Of a stretch of DNA of 64,000 nt, positions 36,901 to 49,066 are shown in pieces. Origin of the DNA: Amoebophrya sp. A120 (Eukaryota; Protista; Dinoflagellata); the NCBI GenBank assembly GCA_905178155.1, contig CAJINV010000002.1, positions 758,422 to 822,421 on the forward strand. The letters run 5' to 3'. Under the pieces are notes generated by a model, which saw nothing but the letters and a program-made list of their open reading frames with translations, was not told the DNA's origin and did no database searches. Both the position numbers and the translations under genes were made by a program. Within the stretch, counting starts at the first letter, position 1; the number at the start of each line of letters is the position of its first letter.

Positions 36901-39900
36901 CACTGTGACTGAATCAACAGCTCGTGATCCGAGTGCAAGCCCAAGCCCCGTGGGAAGATGATCAAATTATCTTGGTGGAAATTATCCGGATCGAAATTCT
37001 GTCTCGCAGTCCCGTATGCATCGCAAAAGTATCGTATTAGTACAAATTGCATTACAAATCTTATCAGAAAGAAAAATGAAATTTGTGATGCTAATTGAGG
37101 TAAAAGCGTAGATTTGTCATGCATATTTGCAATTGAATTAGTACGACTACGATACTTTTGCACAGGATATCCCGCCTTCCGAAACGGCTGAAATGCAACT
37201 CACACCCGTCAACGTCCTCGTCCCCCTTCTTGTCGGGGTGTGACCCAAAGTCGCAGATCTTTCCCCGGAGGAAAGTTGTCTTTGCACGCCTAACTGCGAA
37301 GATGCTTGCTGCTGCTGCTGTTGATTTGGGTTTCCAGGAGCTCCTCCTGATAGTCCCCCCGGCGGCGCACCAAGAGGAGCAGCTCCCGCGCCACTGTCCG
37401 TTATTTGGGAAAAAACCGACTCGTGGGATCCTCGTAGAAAGTTGGTGTTCGCCCGGGATCTGCCACCGTCGACCAACGTGTTCAGCGTGTTAGAGGACCC
37501 GGTAGAGCCTCCTCGGTAGTTACTCAAATTGCTCACCATGGTATTCTGTGAACTGCAAAAGTATCGCACTCGTATCAATGCATTACAAATTTCCTCAGCA
37601 TAAGAAATAATAAAATTTGTAATGCGGATTTACCTTAAAAAGAAGATTTGTGATGCATGATTGCGGTACGATACTTTTGCACAGAATATATTCCTCCTCT
37701 TGTTCGCCAACTCGCGACAGAGCATGGAAATCGCTTGATTTTGCTGTGCGAGAATTTGGTAGTAGTTCGGAACGACCAAACCGGTGGCCTTTTGCGATGC
37801 TGGTGTTTGCCCACTTGTGGCCTCTAGTACAACTCCACCGTGTGTTCCCGGTGCTGCCCCTGCTCCACCGAGACTGCGCTGCAGATTCTGTTGCGTAGTG
37901 CCGTCTTTTGCGCCGTAAACTAGACCGCCACTAGAACCCTCGAGTTGCAACTGCCCAAAAGGACCGTCTTCTCCTGCGTTGCTTGCATACATCAAGTGCT
38001 GCAGGTACGGGTAATCATAGTCGCAGGCGAAGGGGAATGGTCCTGGTTGTAAACCGGAAATGCCCGTGTGTTCGTTATGTTTGTAGTACCCGCCAACGCA
38101 GAAACAGAACCCGGCGACCCAGAGGTAAAAGAGCTGGGAAACGTTCATCAAGAGAAAGATGTACTCACAGAACTGGTTCGTTCTGGAAGAAGAGTTGTGC
38201 TTATTTCCGTGTGCAGCTAGGGCCAAAGTACTGTTGTTGCCGCTTGTTGTATTGGATGTTCTTGCAGCATCCCCGGTGTTGTTAAACACCTCGCTATTCT
38301 CTTGCAAAGTTTCAGCACTGTTCTGCCGTTTTGATTTCTTCTTCTGATTCTTGTCTAAAACGAATTTCTGTGGACTTGACCGGGCGGAGGCAAGAACTCC
38401 ATTTGTTGCAGCCCTCCGTTTTCCGGAAGAAGCCGAGCAATCCGGGCTGCTTTGCTTTTTGTTAATAACGCGGGTTGACGGCGCTCTACTGTTATTTCCA
38501 ATGGCATGATGAAGATTCAGGTGTTGGTGCTCCATCGCAGCGGCGGCTTGAGCGTGGGCAAGCGGGATGGGCATCGGGAGTGGTATCGCGGCTGTTGAGA
38601 CCACCGGAGAAGGTTGTCGCTTCGGCTTGGCGGGAGGGATAACAGTATTCTGCTGCTCCACTTCGGAGGCGCTGTACGCCATGCTATCAGAAGACGCGGG
38701 TTCCGGGTCAGCAGCCAGTCTTGTTTTACTCCTCGTCCCCATCGTCCCATAGCTATGATTTCTGCCGTTCCCACCGTTCGTTGCTGTGTGCTGCGCTGTC
38801 CCGAAGTACTTCCTCTGCATTTCCTCACACCTCTTCCTATCTTCCCCCACGTTCCAACTGTTAATCTTCGCGGAATCTTCCGTGCTGCTATTTGCTTTCG
38901 CGACTTATCCTGAGTAGAAACGTCCCCACCCCATAGTCAAGTTGTCAAATCTGCAACACAAATCCCCAAGTTTTGGCTGTCGAGCATGACAGGTTTGGGC
39001 TCGTAGTGTAATCCTGTTTAGCTAGTCCAGCCGCATGACAAATTGGGTGCCTTATCCTGATTCCAGCATGACAAACTACCAGATAGCATTTAATAGCAAA
39101 TGCCTGTCATGGGGCACCGCATGAGAAACATTTTCAGCATGCAGATTTGCATTGCAACTTTGGGGTGTTTATGTACTGGAAAAGACCAAATTTAAAGCAC
39201 AGAGAAATTACAACTTTGGGGTGGGGACGTTTTTACATAGGATACGACTTCCTCTTTCGTCATCGTCGTGGCGCCAAGATCCCGACACAAATCTGCCACC
39301 TGCTGGTCCTGGTGGTCAGACCGGGTTACTTTCATGCTGTCCTCTTTCATAGTACTGGACGCGTGGTCCGCTGTGCTGTCCTTCATGGCTCCTGCTTCAG
39401 TGGCTGTGCTAGTAGTGCCGTCTCGCAGCTGTTTAGTAAATCCAGCAGTTGATGTGTTCGACGCACCTTCCGTTTGTTCCGCTTCCCGTTCACACGCTGC
39501 TTTCGCGAAAAAGCATAACAACAATATCGCCGTTGCGTAGTGCAGAGTCAGGCTGATCACGTAGAAAATGCCCAAGTGCTGCTTGTGCTCGTCCTGAGGC
39601 CCTTGCTGGGGATCTAGATGTGCGCCACGCACTGCGATGTTCAAAGAATGCTGTTGCTGCTGCTGCTCTCGACCATCAACTGCACCTGGAAATAACCCCC
39701 GCGGCCCCGGTGGCGAAGCTATCGGCTGCAGTAAAAACGGATCAAGAGCACCAGTTTGCTCGTCCTCTCTTCCGTCCTGATCTTGAATCGATTGCAAAAA
39801 TGAGTGCGTCCTGGTCACGTGCTGCCCGCCCTGCGCGATCGTTGTTGTTCCGCTTTGCAGCATATTCATATTGCTTGTCCCCGTGCTGTCGCCAAACATG

Positions 39901-40907
39901 GTTCCGGGTTCACTTACCTCCGACATTCTCGTATCTTTTGACAAACTCCGGTCCGGCATGCGCGGCTGCTGGTGGTCTTGTGGCTCTTCAGTTTCCTCTT
40001 GTCGCTGGTGTTGTTGGGGTTGGGTCTCCTCTGGTGGTGCTGCGAGTGGTCCATGCCTATCTGCGGTACTACCAGCACCGGAAGCTCCTCCTGCATTCTG
40101 GAGGGCTTGCAACTCTTCGCTCGCTCTCCTGGTTCCATCTCCTTCTGTAGGACCACGCGCCTCACGCCCTTCCTGCTCATCTGCTTGCGCCGCCGCTTGA
40201 TTATTCTCATCTCCATTCACATCCCCCGTCGCGCTCCCGGTTTCCATCTCCACCGACCGTGCCGGGCTCGATTCGTGCGAGTGGTCAAAAAACCCAGGCT
40301 ATGCATTGCAAAAGTATCGTCCTCATATAAATGCATTACAAATCTCCTCAGCATGAGAAATAAAATTTGTAATGCGGTTCTACCTTAAAGAAAAGACTTG
40401 TAATGCATGACTGCAATTTTCATACGAATACGATATATTTGCGCAGGATACAGGCTCCGGTGCATCATGCTGCAGCTGCTCCCCAGCCGGGGAGATCGGC
40501 AGGCTCCCGGCTGGCGCGAGAATCAGTCGCTGCTGCAGGAGCTCTTGGTCTTGTTGAAGCAGTGATTGTTTATTTTTCAATCCCGGGAAAGGAAACTCGG
40601 AGGACGACACGGCCGCCCACAGAACCGCTTTTAGGAGAAAAAGCGTCAACAGTTGGAAGAGTAAAGATGAGACCGCGAGAGAGCGGGTGGAGCGCGGTTT
40701 TGCTGCACGATCGGGATGAAGATAAGTGGCCGCAATGGTTTTATTCCTCGCAGCTGCACCGGGGCAGTGTTCCTCTTGCAGCCCGTTGCTCTCTGCAGCA
40801 GTAGAACTACCGCCTCCCGCAACGTGCAAATCACCAGGGACTGAGACAACAGATTGCAAAACGACCGTCGGCTCTTTGGAATTGGAACCAAACGAAGACG
40901 CCGTCAT
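30903..40907 (-). CDS. Very large (~2,800 aa) low-complexity protein with several hydrophobic segments, 8 exons
   Basis: The long minus ORFs join in frame after removing 7 introners. Hydrophobic stretches include LLFQLLTLFLLKAVLWAAV, LGIFYVISLTLHYATAILLLCFF, YIFLLMNVSQLFYLWVAGFCFCVGG and WYIFLLWPSYILITILSLPC. Confidence 0.75.
31679..31943. mobile_element. Introner family B (GTA terminus variant; duplicate at 21772-22036)
   Basis: TIR, TSD gagac/gagac. Confidence 0.9.
32003..32277. mobile_element. Introner family C
   Basis: Long TIR TATGGA...GAAATCG.CAAAGTTGAAATAATTTG, TSD gggtc/gggtc; homolog at 62544. Confidence 0.92.
33898..34161. mobile_element. Introner family B
   Basis: TIR, TSD tgttc/tgttc. 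Confidence 0.92.
37015..37169. mobile_element. Introner family A
   Basis: TIR, TSD tcccg/tcccg. Confidence 0.9.
37547..37688. mobile_element. Introner family A (TGT terminus variant)
   Basis: TIR, TSD tattc/tattc. Confidence 0.9.
38906..39244. mobile_element. Introner family D
   Basis: TIR TATCCT...AAACGTCCCCACCCCA, TSD cgact/cgact. Confidence 0.9.
40300..40450. mobile_element. Introner family A
   Basis: TIR, TSD caggc/caggc. Confidence 0.92.
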
Positions 40908-41512
40908 GGTGGTTCTTGCGCCGGTTTTTACTTCTACAAACGCTTTTTTGCTGTACTCTCATCAGAATCTTCTTCGCGTTGATGATCCCCACACTGGAGG
41001 CACGCTGCTGTGATCAAGAAAAAGCATATTACTGAAACCTTGTTCCGAAACAGATCTTGATCCGGTACGATTTGTAGCAAACAAGTCTGCTAAGAGAATA
41101 GACCTCACAAAGACCAAAGACAAAAGCGAACCGCAGTTCCTGGTATAACTACAACGCAATAACAGAAGATCAGGATCAGCTTTCTCGTAAGTATACGAAA
41201 AACACAAACACAAACTACAGTGGATCTTACTTTCACGTGGCGTTCACGAGCGGAAACGCAACGCGCTGCACTCTAGTCCCTGGAGCATTGTGGTGACAGG
41301 GGCTACTAGGTCTTCCGATTTTTTGTAAAAACAAAAATGTAAAAGCTTTTCATCTTACGGGTTTCTTCTCTCTCTTTCTTCATGGAGATCTTTTATCTGT
41401 GAATCATATACTTTTGTTCTGAGTTCAGTTTTGATTTTTGATTTCCACTGCCACGCGAGGTGGAATTCAACTCTATCATTTTACTCGTAGCCGTAGCGCC
41501 AGAAGAACGACT

Positions 41513-42621
41513 TTATGGCGAATCATTGTGCAACCCCTCGTACCAGCTGAAGGACCTCCAGCCGAGAAAGAGCTTCTGTTCTGGGATTTTGTTCGGACTC
41601 ACTGGTGCTGGGTTCATCGGCCCCTCGGTCATCCACTCCGTTGGCGTGTACGGACGCATTTTACCTGGGATAGAGAATAATTTGTCATGCGAAACACACA
41701 GGCCATTTCCATTTTGTCATACATGCGAAACACACTTGTCACAAGCGAAACCAATCTGCCATGCATGATTTGCGCATAATAAAACACTCGTCTCTATACC
41801 TTTGCTCGACTCGGGCAGCTTGTCCACCGCTCTATCTCCACCCAAATCGAAGTCGTTGTAGGCAAAACCAGTATCCACGCGATCGTAGTGCCCTTCCATG
41901 CGCTGCTTCAAAGTCAACAAACCCTTCGAACGGTAGAAGGGGAGGAGATCGACGGAGGCACTGTTTTGGTTTTCTTTGATGAGAAGTCTTGTCATGCAGA
42001 AGCAGATCCTGGTCTAAAGACACAAAGAGTCTCTTCATGCACAACCAGTAATACAAGAAAATCGAAAAAAGATTGTATCAATACGCCCATGGGATAAACA
42101 CGATCAGAAAGCCCGCGGTCAACACCCCTTGTGCCACCATCCGTGGCACCGGCGGTATCATGGGCACCTCGGCGTAGCTCTTGCTTACCCAAGCACAATA
42201 TGCATTGCAAAATCATGTGGTCGCACCAGTCGTGCTTCGTGTATCACAAATTTATTTCCCACAACGTTAGAAAGTGGGATTTGCAATTCTGATTTTACCT
42301 AGGAGTAGAGAGATGTGTCATGCACGATTGCGACTGCAAGAACTTACTATAGTGCGATTATGCTTTTGCAATGCATACCCAAAATTTGTACCAGGGGCCG
42401 TCCCAGTAGTCCCACATGTGTCCGTGTTTTGGCTTGGAGCAGCGGAAAAGACCGCCACTCGAGGGTGTTGCGCGGGGCAGGTGCTGTAGTGCAACTGGTC
42501 GTGTAGCAGATGAAGCAGTAGCGAGTTGATGTCCTATTGCTGTTCGCCCCAACAGCATCTTCGGGGCAGGTGCTTTTCCTGCTGCGCTCACCAGCGCGGG
42601 ACGGGTGAAGTGGGTCAGCAT
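41513..42621 (-). CDS. Small protein with presequence-like N-terminus and one TM helix
   Basis: Reads MLTHFTRPALVSAAGK...GVLTAGFLIVFIPWAA...HNDSP* after removing introner 42199-42377 and GT-AG introns 41961-42084 and 41665-41799. Confidence 0.72.
42199..42377. mobile_element. Introner family A (diverged)
   Basis: TATGCATTGCAAAA TIR, TSD cacaa/cccaa. Confidence 0.85.
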
Positions 42622-43269
42622 TTTGTTTCGTTTCGAGACTGTTTGTACGTCTCTTACACGGGGCGACAGCCCGCTTTTTACATCGTACGGTGCGGACAAG
42701 AAGTTGCCCTTGGGTAAAACAACTACTTATATGTATCATGACAAGGCGAAAGTGATGTTGCAAATACAGTAAGTGCAGGTCTTCTAATAGCTACTTGACA
42801 ACTCAACCTCCTCAATTATCTGCGCTCCGTCGGAAAAAAAAAATCCGTTGCTCTTGTTGCTGTGCAAACTGTTATTATAATTGAATTGAACAGCGCTCCA
42901 CAACAACTCACATGCGGCTCTCATCTCTCGTTCCTGGTCCCTTGGCTCTATTACTCCTACGGTTCTGGGCAGGGCTGGAAACTATGACACATAGATGAAT
43001 CAGGATGCAAATTTAAAAGCACAAGCAGATCAGGGGACGGCTCCCTGCAAAAGAAGAACATGCGGCGAAACTATAGGTATTTCGAATCCAGATGAATTCG
43101 CAATCGCAGGCCGATTTTGCATAAGTAAAAATGTATAATATTAGGGTAGTTGAAAAATTATAAGAACATCCCGGAAAGGATGAGGCCTCCCCGACGTCCG
43201 CAGAAGGTAGAAGATCAGTGTTATCTAGTTTTACTAGAAGATCAGTTTTCTCTCGTTTGTTGCGAGAAT

Positions 43270-46200
43270 TCACATCCCAGCTTTGTTCCTCTCGTCCGCC
43301 ACTTCGATCTGCTTGATCAGCGCATCCAGCCTTCTATGCAGTGCAAAAACATCGTACTAACCGCGTTTATGCATTACAAATCTTTTTGCTAAGGCGAATC
43401 CGCATTACACATTTTCTTTAATCATAATTTTTGATGCTAAGTCAATTTGTTGTAATGCAATTTGTACTAGTACGGTCATACTTTTGCACTGCATACTTTC
43501 CAAATGCGACGTGCAGGGGTTTCCGTCGCTTGTCCACAATATATCCTGCATTTTCGTACAACTTAGTACCGGTACCGTCTTCTCTATCCCACGAAAAAAC
43601 TGTTTCACTGTGAAGATCTTGCAAGATCTGCATCACGAGTTTGTTACACATGACACAGAGAATTTGCCATGCGCGCATAATTTCCCATAGTGGAAACACG
43701 CTTATTAAAACTCCAATGCTCTAGGCAGGTGTAGCAAGACAAATCGTTCTGCGCTCCATTCTCTGCATCACAAGTTCACGGTGAAAAAGTTTTTTCTTGC
43801 GATATTCCCCAGTTGCGGCAATTCGATTGTACAGGGCGCCTCCTTCCGTAAAGGCGCCGAGGTCACATTCGTTCTTCGTGAATCTGCCGGACTGCTTTCC
43901 GGCGTCGGTGATGACAAAACCGTTGACCTATCCTGTGCAAAAGTACAACTATCGCACTCGTAGCAATTTTTATCGCAGTTATGCATTACATTTTTTTACA
44001 AGTTTGTTTCTCAAATTGAATCCGCATATACAAATTTCATTATTCATGCTGAGGAAATTTGACATGCGCTTAATACTAGTACGATGCTTTTCCTTTTGCA
44101 TTGCATACGATCTCTTTCTTCGCGTCCGCCACGAACCGCTGCTCGGGCCCGAATCTGGATCGGTACTTTTCTGCCACCTGCTTTCTCTCCTCCGCAGTGG
44201 AGTAGAACACGCCGATCGCAAACAGCTGCGGCAAGAGGGAAAATTCGCACCAGGGGTTTTTGGATAAACAAATCGATTCTTCTTCATAATCGAACTGGGT
44301 GACGCTTCTAGCCGATTCTTCGAACGCCTGCAGGCAAAAGTGGAAGTTGCAATTTACCGACGCCTATCAAGTGAAAAAATGTCTGGGTCTGAAAGATTGC
44401 GAGACTTGTCATGCAGATTTTCCATGATCAGCGTCGTCTGGAATGCAGGACCTAGCATGACAGATTCTGTGACAGCCCTATCATGCCTACCCTGCATGAG
44501 AAACTCCCTTTCGCCCTGGTCAAAAGTGGACGGCTTTACTTTTGGTACTCATGCAACACAGATTTTTGCATGGTTCGGATTTAGCATGACAAGTTCCAAC
44601 CTTCCAGACCCAGACATTTTTGCATTTGATACCGCCCCAAGCGCCCTCGCTTCGAAATCACTCACGCTTTTTTCCCAGTCGTTACTCTATCGACATTGCA
44701 AACGTACTATATTATGCATCGTAGTTTAGTTGTAGTAGTAGAAATTGCATATACAACTTTTTCCAAGAGCGATGTTGAAAATGGAGTTTGTAATGCTGAT
44801 TTTTCTGTAGGAATGGCATTTATCATGCATGATCGCAACCACTACGAGCACGCTTGTACTTTTGCATCGCATATATATTTGCGAAGATTTCGCTGATCCT
44901 CGGCGTTCATCCTGGTTTCGAAGAGCTGCTTGATTTTTTGATTCGTGTTTCCTTTGTTCCCGTATGCAATGCAAAAGCGTCGTACTTATAAAAATCTACT
45001 ATGCAATGCAAAAGCTACTACTATAAATTGCATAACAGATTAGCTCAGCATTACAAATTTAAATTTGTAATGCCGATTCACCTTGAAAAAGAGATTTGTG
45101 ATGCATAAACGTCGCAATTAGTACGAGTATTTATACTTTAGAGCTTGGACATCGATCAGAATTCACAATGGTTATTTTACGGAGATTTTACATCGTCAAC
45201 CATCAGCGCCTCCCTTTCCAACCATCCTGCTCATGCCTTGACTAGTGACCGCGACAAGCTACCTGCGTTGCTAATCTTTTGGGGCCTGCACGCGCAAACT
45301 AGACAGGAAATCACGCACACCATCGGACTAGAGTTGAAAACGCCCCATATTGTCGGTTTTTCTGTCGCGCGCTACCATCGCGATTACGCTGTTACAGAAG
45401 GGCGAAAATGGGACTGACTGCGCGTTTGGTTATTTTACGGGTTATTTTACAAGACTGCGGCTGGTTATTTTACGAACGAACACCCGCACAAAAATCTAAT
45501 CACGGCGGCACAGTCCACATTTTCATAAAATAACCGGCGCGCAAAAAAGCAGCTTTTCATAAAATAACCAAGCAAATTTTCCGCAAAAATCTATGAAGCC
45601 AGAAAGTCAATTCGTCGCGTCCGTTGTGGCCGAATGCAGAGACTCTCGTCTCTGCCTTCGGACACAAGAAGGACCCACACTGCTAGCAGGGGAAGACGCA
45701 ACTAAGAAGAGGCCACCAGAAGGGGTCACAAGAAGGACCCACATTGCAATCAAAATTCTGAGCCCGAAAGCTGGTTCGTATTTTTTCCCCCCAACGCCGG
45801 CGAAATTCTAGCAACAGTGTAAAATCTCCGCAAAATAACCTGCCTAATTTCTAACGGCCATCCAAGCTGTAATTTATACTTCTGCACAGGATATCCCGTA
45901 GTCCCATAAGCAGGTGGCATGATAGTACTTGCGGAACCTTTCCAACTCGTAAGCCGCCGAAAAATATCAAGTGCAAAAGTATCGTACTAGTAGTAATTCT
46001 TGCAATACAAATTCAGCATTACAAATGGAATTTGTCATGCTGATTTGCCTTGGGAAAGCAAAAGAGATTTGTAGTGCATGACTGCGAGGACTACAAAAGA
46101 GTATAATACTTTTGCACAGGATAAAAAAACGTACTCACCTCCTCGGGTGTACAGCGAGTGCACTTTTCCTTTGTCATCTGTGCAAAGCACATTAAGTGGG

Positions 46201-48038
46201 GGGCTGAATTCGGGGGGCAGAGTTACCCACTCCTCCCGAAAATAGAATGGCCGTATCACAACCATCCAATTTTTCTTGCAGAGTGCCTCTTGCTATGCAT
46301 ATTGCAAAACTACTAATATCGAATTCTAGTTGTACCAACTAGTAAAAATTGCTATTGCATGACAATCGATTTTGTCAAGAAGATAAAATGCAGACTCGGG
46401 TTGTATTCAAGACCTAGATCGATGATGCATGACAGCGATTTTTGCGATTGGTACAACGAGTTGTACAACCACGATATTACTTTTGCAATCCATACTTCCA
46501 GAAGCAGAACCTCGTCGTGCGCTGCTTGTTCCGCTCCACCACCTACAGCAGCGACTTCGGTAGCTGCAGTCCTTGCATTCCTGGTCCCGTCCCCTTGTCC
46601 GCCCGCACCCGTCCGGTCTGCAGCTGACGTACTAGGTACAGCTTCTTTACGCTTTTTTTCACCTCCATCCCTGCGTGACGAGAACCTTCTGCTGCGAGAG
46701 GTGGATCGTTTCCGCTTGTTATTATTTGTCCTCCGTTTATTTGAGGAACTGGCAGAAGTCCTCTCACGACCAGTGCGCCGGCCTACGTCCTGCGTGGTCC
46801 TCGCCTCCTGTAGTAGAGGTCGCTCCTTATGCATTGCAAAATTATCGCACTCGTAGAAATGCATGACAGATTCCCTCAGCATGAGAAAGAAAATTTGTAG
46901 TGCCGATTTACCTTAAGAAAAAAAATTGCAATGCAAGACTTGCATTTGGACGAGTACGATACTTTTGCATTTGATATTCCTCGTCGTGCTGCAATTTTGC
47001 GTACACCACGCAATACTCATCTCCCGATTCCTATCACAAGAAAAAAGTGTTACAGTTACACATTGTGATGCAAGACCGGCAACAGAGACAACCTTCGTCA
47101 TGCAGGAAATGCTTGGGAGCCTCGTTTCCTTCCTGTTGTGTTTTCCCTTATGATCTCCGCATTACAAGTTTTCTCTGCCACACAGAGAAAATTTGCGATG
47201 CAGAAACTCCAACAAATGTGTAACTGTAATACTTTTTTCTCGTGATAATTCCGCATCGACTATCAAGACGCAGGCGTCGTGAAAAATTTTCAGCAGCTGC
47301 GCCGACCAAGGGAAGTCCTGACGTGGTCGTGGAAACTTGTTTGCGCCCTGGTTGTTCCTCGCCAAAGGCCCCCGCAGCTGGTGCCCAAAGATTATCAAAT
47401 GCAAAAGTGTCTGGGTCTGGAAGGTTCTGAGACTTGTCATGCATGTTTTGCATGACCACCCAGGATTGTTTGTGATGCATGCCCTACAATCACAGATTTT
47501 TAGACCCCTTCCTGATGCCTACTCCGCATGACAAACGCCGTCCCCGCGTAGCACAAACTGAACTCCTCTTGCTGGTCATGCAATACAGATTTTTTTAGAG
47601 CCCGAAGTTAGCATCACAAGTTCCAACCTTCCAGACCCAGACACTTTTGCATTCGATAAAGATTTCGGGAAGCCGTTTCGTGCCGCCACCGCCGGGGAAA
47701 AACGGGATACTGTCACGCAATTGAAGCTATGAACTGCAAATAAAGCATCCTAATGCTAATCGCACTAGGATAAATCGCATTACAAATTTTCTTGGCATGA
47801 GAAATGAAATTTGTAATGCGGATTTGACATGAGAAAGAATTTTGTAATGCATGACTGCGATTAAGTAGTACGAGTGCGATAGTTCTGCAGGGCATAGAAG
47901 GATCAAAGTGTCTTTCACAACATCCGGAGCGCCGACCGGTACGTGGAAAACCATGTTGTCGGAGACGCCGTAGGAAATACGCAGCTGCATTGTGGAGTAG
48001 GTGTAGGTGTTCGTCCTGTTTTGCTGCGTTTCAGCCAT
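43270..48038 (-). CDS. Hypothetical protein, paralog A of 49067-51049, 12 introners
   Basis: The spliced peptide is colinear with the neighbour: LRISYG, PFFPGG, NWMV.IRPFYFRE, LFAIG.F.ST, FGKL.ALIKQI. Confidence 0.82.
43335..43495. mobile_element. Introner family A
   Basis: TIR, TSD ccttc/ctttc. Confidence 0.88.
43585..43804. mobile_element. Introner family F
   Basis: Reverse-orientation homolog of 6504-6712, TSD ttctc/ttccc. Confidence 0.9.
43929..44107. mobile_element. Introner family A
   Basis: TIR, TSD tgacc/cgatc. Confidence 0.82.
44365..44631. mobile_element. Introner family B
   Basis: TIR, TSD acgcc/ccgcc. Confidence 0.9.
44688..44873. mobile_element. Introner family A (degenerate)
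   Basis: Eroded TIR and TSD, frame restored on removal. Confidence 0.7.
44963..45893. mobile_element. Introner family A carrying a nested element
   Basis: TSD tcccg/tcccg; right TIR split by 45139-45871. Confidence 0.88.
45139..45871. mobile_element. Nested 733-bp TIR element (Mutator-like MITE)
   Basis: TIR TA(G/C)AGCTTGGA...GGTTATTTT.CGGAGATTTTACA, 10-bp TSD atttatactt at 45129-45138 and 45872-45881. Confidence 0.85.
45965..46123. mobile_element. Introner family A
   Basis: TIR, TSD aaaaa/aaaaa. Confidence 0.88.
46294..46494. mobile_element. Introner family A (diverged)
   Basis: TIR, TSD cttgc/cttcc. Confidence 0.8.
46828..46976. mobile_element. Introner family A
   Basis: TIR, TSD ctcct/ttcct. 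Confidence 0.88.
47032..47247. mobile_element. Introner family E (F-related)
   Basis: TIR TATCAC.AGAAAAAAGT.TTACAGTTACACATT, TSD attcc/attcc. Confidence 0.9.
47393..47658. mobile_element. Introner family B
   Basis: TIR, TSD aagat/aagat. Confidence 0.92.
47728..47896. mobile_element. Introner family A
   Basis: TIR, TSD gaagc/gaagg. Confidence 0.85.
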
Positions 48039-49066
48039 CTTGATTTTGCTGATATTTTTTTCAGACTAGTGCAGCGAATGTCCGCCAATTTTGGAAATTC
48101 GTACGATACACGACCTGTTTGGAAACCGATCAGGGTGCGTGTCTACTTCTGGGTTCTTACGCTTAATATCCTCGGACTTGTCGTAGAAAAATGAAAATCA
48201 AGTAGTTGTGACCTTGAACATACATAGATCCGCTTGCGTTTCTTTCACGATAGGAAAATAGTCGTCCTAAGGGAAGTAATAGAAGATTCAGGGTGTTGTA
48301 TATCTATGCGTTTTCTTTTTTTTTTTACAATGAGTACTAGTGGTCGTCCTAAGGTATTAAGTCAGCATTGTTTCAGGGTGTAGAAATTATATCTTCAACC
48401 GGTACTACGGGTTCATGTCGCCACTAGGACTACAATGTAGGTACAGATATGCTCTGTCTATCACTTTCTTTATTGTCGCTGCCATGGAACTCTTTACTAT
48501 GCGGTCCTCCTTTTTGTGCTGCTTGCCGTCCTTCTATACTCGACTAAATACTGAAAACGGTGGCTCTAGTCGCGGTTCAAACTACTAGACGAGATCTTCG
48601 CCAACACGGCCATCTCAGTATTAGTCTAAGTTTGATCTTTGGAAAACGTCGCAATGGACCTGGACACAACGTCCTGAAATCAGGAGAGCAGGCGCAGCCT
48701 TGGTGTGTGAACAACAGTGAGGGTCTGCTCATCTTAATCAGACCGCTGGCGCAACAGAGTTGAACTCTGCACTGCAGAAGTAGCTCCTGCTGCTGCAACA
48801 GGAACAGAGCGCTTCGCTGTCAAATTATAACAGCAGCGGCTATTTTCGTCGACAGTGTCGTGCGCCAATAGTTTTCTTGCACAATAAACCCGAACAATCT
48901 ACTTTTATGAGCAACTAATATTTCATCATCGTTTCGTCACGACTTCTACATAGACACAGTGACGAGTCAGAGTGGTCTCAACAAACTTTGCTTCTCGTCG
49001 CATATAATCTTCAGCTCGAGGATACAACACCACGATCTAGCCGAGGCCGACAGCTTGAGTTATTCA

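Noticed and set aside
43335-47896. CRISPR-like array (palindromic repeats separated by ~55-nt unique spacers)
   Set aside because: The repeats are 140-270 bp and heterogeneous, the spacers are exons, there are no cas genes, and the context is eukaryotic.
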